60,370 nt of DNA, taken from the IMG/VR virus record IMGVR_UViG_3300036805_000098, positions 1 through 60,370 of that record; one strand, given 5' to 3'. This DNA is from a virus. Taxonomy: Duplodnaviria; Caudoviricetes. The position numbers were made by a program, and so were the translations under genes. A model generated the notes under the pieces. The model had not been told where the DNA came from. It made no database searches and saw only the letters and a list, made by a program, of their open reading frames with translations. The stretch's first letter is position 1; each line of letters starts with the position of its first letter. Below are positions 47,430 to 55,990 of this stretch, in pieces.

Positions 47430-48011
47430 ATGGGCACCCCGAACCCGCCCCCGGTGCGGCGCCTGTCCGGCCGTGATCGCGAAGTGCTCTGGTTGATGTC
47501 GCAGGGCATGACGTACTCCACCGTGGGCCGCAGGCTCGGGATGACCGAACCAGGAGCGAAGTCGGCGGCCCGCCGGGCGATGCTGAAGCTCGGGGCGGTC
47601 AACATCGTGCAGGCGGTCGCAGTGGCCCTCCTTGAGGGTGAGATCGGCCGCTGGCAGGGGTGCGGTACCTTCGCCACCTACCAGCGCCACCGCCGCCTGT
47701 ACCAGACCGCCGATCCCGCCTGTCTGGTCGGCAAGGCCGCGCACGACCGGGCGCAGCGCGCCGGGCAGGCGTGGGACTCCGACACCCTGCCGCTCGCGGT
47801 GCGCCGGGACCAGTGGTACGAGCGCGCCGACAGCGGCAAGACGATCCGGATCACGGGAGTGGACCTGGAGGCCATGCGGGTCGACGCGGTCGACGTCTAC
47901 ACCAACCGGCCGACCCGGGTCCTGATCAAGTACCTGCACCAGAGCCGCTACACCAAGACCGGCGTCCGCCGCCGGTACGAGTATGTGCGAGTCCAGGAGA
48001 ACGGAGAATGA
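47430..48011 (+). CDS. LuxR-type HTH protein
   Basis: LSGRDREVLWLMSQGMTYSTVGRRLGM...KLGA. Confidence 0.75.
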   Translation: MGTPNPPPVRRLSGRDREVLWLMSQGMTYSTVGRRLGMTEPGAKSAARRAMLKLGAVNIVQAVAVALLEGEIGRWQGCGTFATYQRHRRLYQTADPACLVGKAAHDRAQRAGQAWDSDTLPLAVRRDQWYERADSGKTIRITGVDLEAMRVDAVDVYTNRPTRVLIKYLHQSRYTKTGVRRRYEYVRVQENGE

Positions 48012-48154
48012 TCATGGGCAAGGGAATTCCGTCACCGCCGAACGGCGGCCCGAGGGACCCCCGCGACCCGGTCGGCCAGAACCCGACCGGCCGCCCCACC
48101 AAGTCCAGCGCGGGCAAGCGGCGCCAGGAAGAGCGCAAGGGCAGGAAGTGAGGT

Positions 48155-48212
48155 CTGAGCACAGCATGGCGGCGGGCGCCCCTCGGGGCGTCGGTCGGCC
48201 ACGGGCGCTCAG
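48155..48212 (+). repeat. intergenic hairpin family 2, copy 4 (divergent)
   Basis: AGCATGGC...GCCCCTCGGGGCG...GCCACGGG with substitutions that keep pairing. Confidence 0.8.
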
Positions 48213-48237
48213 CCCGGAGGGAGAAGGAGAGGGAGCA

Positions 48238-48429
48238 ATGCCGTTCACGTTCCGCAAGTCGTTCAAGATCTTCCCGGGGGTCCGGGTGAACGTCAACAAG
48301 GGGTCCACGTCGATCACGCTCGGGACCCGCAACGTCCACCGCACCTGGTCGACCTCGGGCCGCCGGACGACCTCGGTCAACCTGCCCGGTCCGCTGGGCT
48401 ACCGCAAGACCCGGGGGCGTCGCCGGTGA
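48238..48429 (+). CDS. DUF4236-like small basic protein
   Basis: FRKSFKIFPGVRVNVNK...LPGPLGY. Confidence 0.7.
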   Translation: MPFTFRKSFKIFPGVRVNVNKGSTSITLGTRNVHRTWSTSGRRTTSVNLPGPLGYRKTRGRRR

Positions 48430-48740
48430 GCCGGGGCACGCCACTGCGCTGCTGCGGGCGGTGCGGCGGGAGCTTCCTCGGGGACAACCGGGACGAGATC
48501 TGGTTCTGCCCGTCCTGCACGAAGAAGCTCCCGCCCTTCGACCCGCAGCCGTACTCGGTCGGCGGATCGGAGAACCAGCGCGCCCGGATGAACTGGGCAG
48601 GCTGGAAGCTCCGGGAGGTCGTCGTCCTCGCCCGTGAGGGCGACATGGTGACGGTCCGGCCGTTGGGCAACCCCGACATCGAACCGGTCACCGTGCACGT
48701 GAGCGTTCTGCGCCCGGCGTACATCACGCCCGGCCACTGA
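48426..48740 (+). CDS. hypothetical protein (Zn ribbon)
   Basis: CGRC...FCPSC. Confidence 0.55.
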   Translation: MSRGTPLRCCGRCGGSFLGDNRDEIWFCPSCTKKLPPFDPQPYSVGGSENQRARMNWAGWKLREVVVLAREGDMVTVRPLGNPDIEPVTVHVSVLRPAYITPGH

Positions 48741-48777
48741 AACCCTGAAGCGATCAAGGAAGAAAGAGAGCACGATC

Positions 48778-49056
48778 ATGGGACAGTTCATCATGAAGTC
48801 GCACCAGGTCGCCCGGGGCGACGTCCTCACCGAGTCGGGTCTCACGGTTGCCGCACCCGGCGCCCGCGACACCCGCGAGGTTCGGGTGGACAAGATCGAG
48901 CGTGGCGAGCTGGCCTACGGCCGGATGATCGCGGAGGTGCACTACATCACGGGTACCGACCTCCGCAACGGCCAGACCGTCAAGTGGTGCAAGAGCCCGT
49001 GGCACCGCTGGCTCGTCACCCGAAACCAGGAGGCACCCGTTCTCGTGGGTGTCTGA
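48778..49056 (+). CDS. hypothetical protein
   Basis: Purine-rich leader, high GC3. Confidence 0.6.
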   Translation: MGQFIMKSHQVARGDVLTESGLTVAAPGARDTREVRVDKIERGELAYGRMIAEVHYITGTDLRNGQTVKWCKSPWHRWLVTRNQEAPVLVGV

Positions 49057-49118
49057 GACCGAGTCGTGACCCGGGGCCACCTACCCGATGGCCCCGGGGT
49101 ACGGTTTACTTAATTCGA

Positions 49119-49190
49119 GGGTTCTTAGCTCAGTCGGAAGAGCAGCCGGTTGAAGCCCGGCGCGCACAGGTTCGATCCCTGTAGAGCCCA
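49119..49190 (+). tRNA. tRNA-Phe(GAA)
   Basis: Cloverleaf, TT-GAA-GC, GGTTCGATCCC. Confidence 0.85.
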
Positions 49191-49200
49191 CGCAAGACGA

Positions 49201-49274
49201 TCTCCCGTAGCTCAGTCGGTAAGAGCGGCGCCCTGTTAAGGCGACGGTCGCAGGTTCGAGCCCTGCCGGGAGAG
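49201..49274 (+). tRNA. tRNA-Asn(GTT)
   Basis: Cloverleaf, CT-GTT-AA. Confidence 0.9.
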
Positions 49275-49323
49275 CGCAGTACCCCGCACCACAGAGCCGT
49301 TGCCACCACGAGAATGGAAGATC

Positions 49324-49593
49324 ATGAAGCGAAAGATCCACGCGGTCAACATCACCGTCTACGTCGAGCAGGAGGGCCGCCCGGCCCTGCCGACCCGACA
49401 GGAGATCACCGATGGCCTGATCGCGTCCCTCGCCGGGGACCCGGTCGACGTCCAGTACGGCGCCGACTCGTACGGCGCTCCGCTCACCCAGACGGCGAAG
49501 ATCGTCGGCGTCTACTCCAAGCTCTCCGGCGTCCCGTCCAACCAGAAGGGTCCGGACCTCTCCGAGCTGCGCGCCACCCCGCGCTCCGAGTGA
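49324..49593 (+). CDS. hypothetical protein
   Basis: High-GC3 ORF between tRNAs. Confidence 0.6.
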   Translation: MKRKIHAVNITVYVEQEGRPALPTRQEITDGLIASLAGDPVDVQYGADSYGAPLTQTAKIVGVYSKLSGVPSNQKGPDLSELRATPRSE

Positions 49594-49629
49594 TACCCCC
49601 GGCGCCGTCCCTCGGGGCGGCGCCCTCCC

Positions 49630-49702
49630 GCCCCGGTAGCTCATCAGGTAGAGCGGCTGCCTCGTAAGCAGCAGGCGACAGGTTCAAGTCCTGTCCGGGG
49701 CT
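49630..49702 (+). tRNA. tRNA-Thr(CGT)
   Basis: Cloverleaf, CT-CGT-AA. Confidence 0.9.
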
Positions 49703-49718
49703 CGCAGGACAACAGCAC

Positions 49719-49791
49719 GCGCCCGTAGCTCAGTTGGCAGAGCTGGGGATTCTTAATCCCTGAGTCGCCGGTTCGAGTCCGGCCGGGCGTA
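49719..49791 (+). tRNA. tRNA-Lys(CTT)
   Basis: Cloverleaf, TT-CTT-AA. Confidence 0.9.
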
Positions 49792-49816
49792 CGCCAGAGC
49801 AGACAGGAGAAAGATC

Positions 49817-50146
49817 ATGAAGTTGGTAAGGAACAAGATCCCTCACCTGATGGACAAGGGGGAGCTGCGGGGGAACCGGGACCGCCCCTTCACCTTCAGG
49901 TCGCCGACGGGGCCCCGGGAGCTGGAGGTGCTGCTCCTGCTCAAGCTCGCGGAAGAGGTCGGCGAGGTGCTGTCGGCGCCGACCCGGGCCGAACGGGTCT
50001 CCGAGCTGGGGGACCTGCGCGACGTCATCGACGCGATCGAGGACCGGCTGAATCTCACCGATGTGGAGCGGGCTGCCCGCGACGCCAAGCGGGGCCGCCT
50101 CGGGGGCTTCGCCCTCGGATGGGTCCTGGAGGAGGACGGATCATGA
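49817..50146 (+). CDS. MazG-like NTP pyrophosphohydrolase
   Basis: KLVRNKIP...KLAEEVGE...ELGDL...KRGRLGGF. Confidence 0.8.
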   Translation: MKLVRNKIPHLMDKGELRGNRDRPFTFRSPTGPRELEVLLLLKLAEEVGEVLSAPTRAERVSELGDLRDVIDAIEDRLNLTDVERAARDAKRGRLGGFALGWVLEEDGS

Positions 50147-50514
50147 AGCACGTCGTCAACAACACCGAGGCGGCCGACCGCATCGAGAGCGAGCTGCCGT
50201 TCGTGAACAGCGGGCGCAGCCTGCGGGGCGGACCCTCGGGCCCGTTGATCGAGCTGGGCAAGCTGCCCGAGCAGTACCACGACGCCGTCAAGCACGCGCG
50301 GTACGTCGTGCACAGCTATCGGACGCCGATCGGCTGGGTCGACAACTCCGGCCAGAAGACCATCCCCGACGTCGGGTACAGCCTGTCGACCGGCCAGCAC
50401 CAGTACACGGTGGCCGGGGCGTGGGGCATCGACTTCCGGCCCGCCCGGGGCCGGGAGATCCGCCGGGCGGGCACCGGAACGCGGGCCGGGTACTACGGCG
50501 GGTACGACAACTGA
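50143..50514 (+). CDS. hypothetical protein
   Basis: YVVHSYRTPIGW...YSLSTGQHQ; GGAGG RBS. Confidence 0.65.
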   Translation: MKHVVNNTEAADRIESELPFVNSGRSLRGGPSGPLIELGKLPEQYHDAVKHARYVVHSYRTPIGWVDNSGQKTIPDVGYSLSTGQHQYTVAGAWGIDFRPARGREIRRAGTGTRAGYYGGYDN

Positions 50515-50544
50515 ACAGCGCAACCCGGCCCTCGGGCCGGTCGA

Positions 50545-50624
50545 TCTCCGCTAGCTCAATGTGGCAGAGCACCGCCGGGGCCGCACCCCGGGGGACGACA
50601 CCGGTTCGAACCCGGTGCGGAGAG
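50545..50624 (+). ncRNA. tRNA-like RNA with elongated, non-canonical anticodon arm
   Basis: Acceptor TCTCCGC/GCGGAGA, normal D and T arms; anticodon arm CCGCCGGGG-CCGCA-CCCCGGGG. Confidence 0.7.
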
Positions 50625-50756
50625 CGGGAAGGGGGACAGCATGGATCACGCGATCGGAACGCTGATCGGCTGGTACATCGCAGCGGCGTTCGGCCCCGGC
50701 TGGCTGCTGGTGGAGGGCATCAAGAAGTGGATCAACAAGGACCAGGAGAAGTGACC

Positions 50757-51173
50757 ATGGAACTCACCGACAAGACCCCGGCGCAGCTCGCGCAGCTCGC
50801 CCTCGAAGGGATCGAGCAGGACCAGGAAGCGTTCCGCATGAACACGTGGATCTCGTTCCCCGAGGTCGGCCCGCAGGCGGTCGAATACGGCAGCCCGGAG
50901 TGGTACGCGCAGACGCTCAAGGCAGCCGACAACCCGGCCGAGTGCGGCACGACGCTCTGCGCGGCCGGGTGGATCGTCCACGTGGCCGGGTACGGCATGG
51001 ACACCAACGACAACGTCCTGGACAGGGAGGGCAACGTCGTCGGCTGGACGGGTGACTTCGCCGAGAGGCTGCTGAAGCTCACCCACGACCAGGCGTGGCG
51101 GCTGTTCTACGCGGCCCGCGAGGAAGGCGCCCTGGACATGCTCCGGCGCCTCGCCAGCGGCAAGAAGATCTGA
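50757..51173 (+). CDS. hypothetical protein
   Basis: CGTTLCAAGW motif; AGGAG RBS. Confidence 0.65.
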   Translation: MELTDKTPAQLAQLALEGIEQDQEAFRMNTWISFPEVGPQAVEYGSPEWYAQTLKAADNPAECGTTLCAAGWIVHVAGYGMDTNDNVLDREGNVVGWTGDFAERLLKLTHDQAWRLFYAAREEGALDMLRRLASGKKI

Positions 51174-51274
51174 CCCCTCGGGCCCGGTGGCCGCCATATC
51201 CGGTGGTCGCCGGGCCCTACGCATTTCGTCCCGAAAAGTGCACCATGTGATCAGGAGAGAGAGACGAGGAACCG

Positions 51275-51766
51275 ATGGAAAGCGTATGGACTGCTCTGCG
51301 TACCGACTGGTGGGACCGGGGCGCGTGTGTCGTCGGCAAGGCCAACGCGGACGAGTTCTCCCCCGTGGTCGAGAGCGAAGCCGGGTTGGAGCGCGTCAGC
51401 CAGCGCTGGTGCAACCACTGCCCGGTACGGAGCCAGTGCCTGAACAGCGCGTTGGTGAACAACGACTCGGGGTACCGGGGCGGCACCCACACCGCCCAGC
51501 GCAAGGCCCTGCGCCGGACCCGCAGCCGGGTCAAGTGCCCGCTCTGCAAGGGTGCCAACCTGGTGTATACCGAGGAGCACGAGGTGTGCGTGAACTGCGG
51601 CGCCTCGTGGAAGATCGACAAGAAGCCGGAGCCCCCGGCCGAGGCGGTCGCCGAACTGGTGGCCGCGCCCGAGCCGAGCCGGGGCCACCCGGTGCCCGGC
51701 CGCCTCTCTCCGACGGCCAAGGTCAAGAACGTCCCGCTGACGGAAGAAGCGTCCGCATGCCTATGA
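51275..51766 (+). CDS. WhiB-like transcription factor with Zn ribbon
   Basis: WWDRGAC...CNHCPVRSQC...GYRGG. Confidence 0.72.
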   Translation: MESVWTALRTDWWDRGACVVGKANADEFSPVVESEAGLERVSQRWCNHCPVRSQCLNSALVNNDSGYRGGTHTAQRKALRRTRSRVKCPLCKGANLVYTEEHEVCVNCGASWKIDKKPEPPAEAVAELVAAPEPSRGHPVPGRLSPTAKVKNVPLTEEASACL

Positions 51767-52014
51767 CCGAGGCCGAACTGGCCGACCACGCCGAACGGAT
51801 GCGGGGCCGACTGGAGGAGAAGAGACACCAGATAGCCGGAAACAAGGAGCTGCGCCCGAGGGTACGGGCGCAGCTCCTTTTTCAGATCCAGGCCCTGTCG
51901 AACCGGGTGAACGAGGTGTCCGAGCAGTGCGCGGTGATGCGTGCTCAGGCAGCGCGGCCGGAGGTTCCCTTCTCCCGCGCCGACATCCACGCATCCCAGG
52001 TCTCACCCACGTGA
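51763..52014 (+). CDS. hypothetical coiled-coil protein
   Basis: ATGA overlap with the WhiB-like gene; last rightward ORF. Confidence 0.45.
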   Translation: MTEAELADHAERMRGRLEEKRHQIAGNKELRPRVRAQLLFQIQALSNRVNEVSEQCAVMRAQAARPEVPFSRADIHASQVSPT

Positions 52015-53015
52015 TCCCGCAGGCGTAGCCCCTCCGCCACCTCGCGCCCTCTCCCGGCCACCTCGGCCCGGTAGTCGGCCGAGGTGCGGAGCCGGTCCAG
52101 CTCCCTGTACCAGACCCTCCCCCGCTCAGCGAGCACCCCGGCGCCCCGGGCGTGCAGCCGGGCGTACTCCGCCCGGGGACTCGCCACCCACGGCACCCCG
52201 AGTGCGCTCATCTCCAGCGGCTTGAGCCAGCTCTTGCAGGCGTTGAACCTCGTGTCCGCCAGCGGGGCGATTCCCACCCCGATCGAAGCGACCGCAGCAG
52301 GCCATCCGTGGATGTCGACCCCGGAAAGCCCTGAAGGGTCCTCAGAGAGCCCGAACGCGGCTCCGCAGCCAGTTGGGTCACCCACGACCTGGAAGGCCGC
52401 TCCGTCCTGCACGAGGCGCGCGAGAGCGCCACCTACGGCCGAGGGGTCGTCCGGGTGCGACTGGAGGGCGGCGGGCCACCCGAGCAGGCCGCTGTCCGTG
52501 TGGGCCACATCGAAGTAGCTGTCCGGCAGGTAGTTCGGCAGCACCCGGCACCGGCCGTGCCGCCCGTACCGCTCCGCCAGACCTGGCGTCGAAACGGTCA
52601 CGAGGCTGGCCTCCCGGCACGCGGCGCCGAGGTTCGCCCAACTGTGACGGCCGGGCTCCCGCTGTCCGGGAGCGCGCCGGTACTCGTTGCGCGGGTGCAT
52701 GGCGGCGTAGGCCGGGTTGCTCGGGTGGATGGCGGTGAGGTCGTCGTCGATGTCGACGATCACGGTCACGCCCTGCTCCCGCAGGATGGGCACCGCCTGC
52801 GCCATGTAGGCGTGCGTCACCCGCTGGAAGACGATCACGTCGGAGTCGGTGACGACCCGGCGGACGGTCTCGCGGTCGACGTGGAGTTCGAGCTGCCGGT
52901 CGTGCGGGGCCACGAGGTTGATCTCGTGCCCGGCGCCCTTGAGCAGTTGGCAGGCCCAGATGAGCCGGAAGTACCCGCAGCCGTAGACGTCGGCCGGGTA
53001 GACGGTGATCTTCAT
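51945..53015 (-). CDS. GT-B (GT4-like) glycosyltransferase
   Basis: GCGYFR, VFQR, DIDDD, IAPL..TRFNACKSWLKPLEMSALGVPWVAS. Confidence 0.8.
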   Translation of the reverse strand: MKITVYPADVYGCGYFRLIWACQLLKGAGHEINLVAPHDRQLELHVDRETVRRVVTDSDVIVFQRVTHAYMAQAVPILREQGVTVIVDIDDDLTAIHPSNPAYAAMHPRNEYRRAPGQREPGRHSWANLGAACREASLVTVSTPGLAERYGRHGRCRVLPNYLPDSYFDVAHTDSGLLGWPAALQSHPDDPSAVGGALARLVQDGAAFQVVGDPTGCGAAFGLSEDPSGLSGVDIHGWPAAVASIGVGIAPLADTRFNACKSWLKPLEMSALGVPWVASPRAEYARLHARGAGVLAERGRVWYRELDRLRTSADYRAEVAGRGREVAEGLRLRDHVGETWDAWMSAREKGTSGRAA

Positions 53016-53070
53016 CGAGTCTCCTGAACGTGAGTCGGCCCGCCCTCGATACGAGGACGGGCCCAGTAGA

Positions 53071-53346
53071 TCACTTCGCGGTGGAGCTGGAACCCCGGCC
53101 CGAGGCGGGCGCGGCCTTCGCGACGGCGGCCGGACGGTCGTGGGCCGAGCTGCGGGTGCCCGCCGACGGCTTTGCCTCGGCCTTGGAGGTGGAGCCCCGG
53201 CGGGGCGCCGGGTCCTCCGGGATGTGGTTCGTCTGCTCGAAGCTCTTGACGTACGCCTCCAGCTTGTCGACCCGGTCGAACAGCGGACCGAGGACGGCCT
53301 TGACAGCGTCGTCCACCCACTCGCGCATCTGCGCCTGTACGGACAT
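53071..53346 (-). CDS. hypothetical protein
   Basis: Follows endolysin, GGAG RBS. Confidence 0.6.
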   Translation of the reverse strand: MSVQAQMREWVDDAVKAVLGPLFDRVDKLEAYVKSFEQTNHIPEDPAPRRGSTSKAEAKPSAGTRSSAHDRPAAVAKAAPASGRGSSSTAK

Positions 53347-53348
53347 GA

Positions 53349-54215
53349 TCAGCTCTCCCGGTGCTCGGTCTGCGGCTGCGCGGGCGCCGGGTTCTGCGCC
53401 ACGAGCGCGTCCCGGATCTCCACGAGCAGCGCGGTCTGGTCGCTCAGGGCGGCGTTGGTCTTGCGCGCCTCGTCGAGCTGGTGCGCGATGTAGTACCCGA
53501 CGTGGTACTCCTTGCGACCACTGTCGGTGCTCGGGTCGACGGTGCCGAGGTCACCGATCGGGTTGGTGTCGACGATCTGCGGGGTCACAGTGCCACCTCC
53601 GGGTGACGGGGTCGGCTTGGGAGTCGGGGTCGGTGTAGGGGTCGGCTTGGGTACGGGGATCTTGCTCCGGGACCAGGTGGCGAGAGCGGCGGCCGAGGCG
53701 AAGTTGGCGACGTTGGTGTCCAGGCCACCCACGATCGCGTACTGGTGCATGACCCACGGCGCCTTGATGCCCGGGTGCCCGGCGGCGTTGCTCGGGTCGG
53801 CGATCCAGAGGCCGTTACCGGCCTTGCCCGAGGTGTCGCGGTTGAGCCAGAAGCTCTTGTTGCAGTACAGCAGCGTCTGGTGCTCGGACTTCTTCGCCAT
53901 CACGTACGCCAGCCAGGCGTCCTTGGACGAGCTGGAGACGGCGGTGTCCTCCCAGTCCAGCGCGAGCAGGTCGCCCGCCTGCATCTTCGACTGCTTGATG
54001 AAGTAGTCGGCCTGCGCCGACATCGACCCCGCCCGGACGAAGTGGTAGTGCCCGACGACCATGCCCTTGGCGCGGGCGTGCGCCACCTGCGCGTCGTGCT
54101 TGGGGTTGGTGTAGTTGGTGCTCTCGGTCGCCTTCACCATCACGAAGCTCAGCCCGGTGGTGCTGAAGGTGGTGCTCTGGTACGAGGCGACGTCAACGCC
54201 CTTGGGGTAGGTCAT
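53349..54215 (-). CDS. GH25 lysozyme endolysin
   Basis: GVDVASYQ, KATE, YHF, LDWE, WIA, HQY motifs; Pro/Thr linker. Confidence 0.9.
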   Translation of the reverse strand: MTYPKGVDVASYQSTTFSTTGLSFVMVKATESTNYTNPKHDAQVAHARAKGMVVGHYHFVRAGSMSAQADYFIKQSKMQAGDLLALDWEDTAVSSSSKDAWLAYVMAKKSEHQTLLYCNKSFWLNRDTSGKAGNGLWIADPSNAAGHPGIKAPWVMHQYAIVGGLDTNVANFASAAALATWSRSKIPVPKPTPTPTPTPKPTPSPGGGTVTPQIVDTNPIGDLGTVDPSTDSGRKEYHVGYYIAHQLDEARKTNAALSDQTALLVEIRDALVAQNPAPAQPQTEHRES

Positions 54216-54258
54216 GGTGGCCCTCTCTGCTCCCTCTCACGGCCAGGATACGGCTCGG

Positions 54259-54522
54259 TCAGACCACGTACGCCTGGGCATTGTTGCTGTCGATGAGGTT
54301 CCAGACGGTGAAGCGCTTGTTCCCGTACCCCCAGGCCAGGGAATCCGCCTCGGTCTGCGCAGCGGTGAAGTCCTGCGTGGTGGTCGAAGTGAGAAGGACG
54401 TCGTCGTTCCCCTCCACATGCAGGTTCCAGGCGCTGCCGTTCCACGTCAGGAGGCAGTAGTAGGCGGGCTCGAAGAGGGGGCGGGAGAATTCCGGGATGA
54501 TGTCCTGCAACTGCGCGGGCAT
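54259..54522 (-). CDS. hypothetical protein
   Basis: GAAGGA RBS. Confidence 0.6.
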   Translation of the reverse strand: MPAQLQDIIPEFSRPLFEPAYYCLLTWNGSAWNLHVEGNDDVLLTSTTTQDFTAAQTEADSLAWGYGNKRFTVWNLIDSNNAQAYVV

Positions 54523-54539
54523 GCGAGGTTCCTTCTCGA

Positions 54540-55070
54540 TCAGAACGGGATGACGAACAGGCGCCGGACGCTGAATGTCGCGGTGCCGGAGGTGCTGACG
54601 CGGTACTGCGAGGTGAAGGTGTTGGTCCCGGGGGTGAGGGTGGTCAGGAAGTTGACCGCCCCGGTGCGCTGACCGCCGGTGTTCTGGAGCTGGACGGCCA
54701 GGCTCTCGTCAACCGCGATGGAGCTGGCTCCGGACACCATGTAACCCATCCAGGCTGCGTTTCCAGTGGAGCTGTTCTGGTTGCAGTAGACGCCGACCAA
54801 GGCGTTGGTCCCGGTGTTGACGGTGACGACGGGGCCGATGGTGGCGAGGCTGGTGTAGGCGGTGCTGGAGGTCGGCTCCGACGTCGCCACGTAGTCCGAG
54901 GCCGGGATGCGTTCGGCGATCTGGTTGGTCGCCGTGGTGGCGAAGTGCGAGCCCGGAGTGGTCGCCTTGGCGGCCGGGCACTCGTTCAGGTTGTCCCGGA
55001 TGAAAGTGTTGAACTGCGACGCCGTGAACACCGACCCCGCGATTGCCGTCATTGGCGCTGTCCAGGCCAT
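54540..55070 (-). CDS. minor tail protein
   Basis: MAWTAPMTA...FNTFIRDNL; Ser/Thr-rich; paralog of next gene. Confidence 0.7.
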   Translation of the reverse strand: MAWTAPMTAIAGSVFTASQFNTFIRDNLNECPAAKATTPGSHFATTATNQIAERIPASDYVATSEPTSSTAYTSLATIGPVVTVNTGTNALVGVYCNQNSSTGNAAWMGYMVSGASSIAVDESLAVQLQNTGGQRTGAVNFLTTLTPGTNTFTSQYRVSTSGTATFSVRRLFVIPF

Positions 55071-55080
55071 GACTCGCTCC

Positions 55081-55623
55081 TTACAGGGGGATGATGTTGA
55101 GTTCGCGGTCCCGGAAGGTTCCGGTGGGGCTGGCTCCGACGCGGTACTTCATGGTGAAGGTGTTGGACCCGGCGGTGAGGCCGGTGAAGATGTGCGCGCC
55201 CGTACCCCGGGAGAAGTTGGTGGCCTTGTTGCCATCGAACGAAAGCTCCCAGGCGTTGGAGGCGGCGATGGACGAGGCGCCGGAGACGGTCACCGAGGTC
55301 GCCGTTTCGTTGTTGTCGACGCTGTGCGCCATGCTCGCCGAGAACAGCACGATAGCGATGGTCCCGGTGGTGACGGTGATCTGCGGGCCCACCGTGGCCA
55401 GGTCGGCGAAGCTCGTGCTGGAGGTCGTCTGAGAGGTGGAGATCGAGGCGACGGTGGGCACCCGGGCGGCGAGGGCGTTCGCGCCGGTGGAGACGAAGAT
55501 CTGCGAGGCGGCCGACGCCTTGGCCACGGCGGTCTCGTTGAGGTTGTCCCGGACGTACTGGTTGAACTGAGCCGCCGTAAAAGTCGCCCCGGCGACGGCC
55601 GTCATGGGAGCGGACCAGGCCAT
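55081..55623 (-). CDS. minor tail protein
   Basis: MAWSAPMTA...FNQYVRDNL. Confidence 0.7.
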   Translation of the reverse strand: MAWSAPMTAVAGATFTAAQFNQYVRDNLNETAVAKASAASQIFVSTGANALAARVPTVASISTSQTTSSTSFADLATVGPQITVTTGTIAIVLFSASMAHSVDNNETATSVTVSGASSIAASNAWELSFDGNKATNFSRGTGAHIFTGLTAGSNTFTMKYRVGASPTGTFRDRELNIIPL

Positions 55624-55985
55624 CAGCCAGTCACCACCCCGTGCGCCTCGTTCTCGGCCCGGAGGTCTTCCACGCTCTGCCCGTGCGGGATACGGAAGCG
55701 GGTCGCGACGTCGTGATCCTTCGGGTACCAGTTGCGGGTGGCCGGGATCGGCCGGAGCATCAGCACGTCCATGGCAGCCACCTGGAAGTCCCGGCTGGGC
55801 CATTCGATCGTCGCCTGGATACCGCAGTACGAGCAGGCGAAGAACGCCTTGGGCCGGATGCGCGGGCCGTTGATCTGTAGGGCCTCCCAGAGATATTCGA
55901 CGTTGGCGCAGCCGGGCCGGGGGCAGTCCCCCACCCACTCCCCGCCGTAGATGTACGCCTGAGTCCGAGGCGTTGCGATGGTCAT
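55623..55985 (-). CDS. tail-associated Zn-binding hypothetical protein
   Basis: CPRPGC...CSYC...RNWYP...LRAEN; GAGGA RBS. Confidence 0.6.
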   Translation of the reverse strand: MTIATPRTQAYIYGGEWVGDCPRPGCANVEYLWEALQINGPRIRPKAFFACSYCGIQATIEWPSRDFQVAAMDVLMLRPIPATRNWYPKDHDVATRFRIPHGQSVEDLRAENEAHGVVTG

Positions 55986-55990
55986 GGTCC

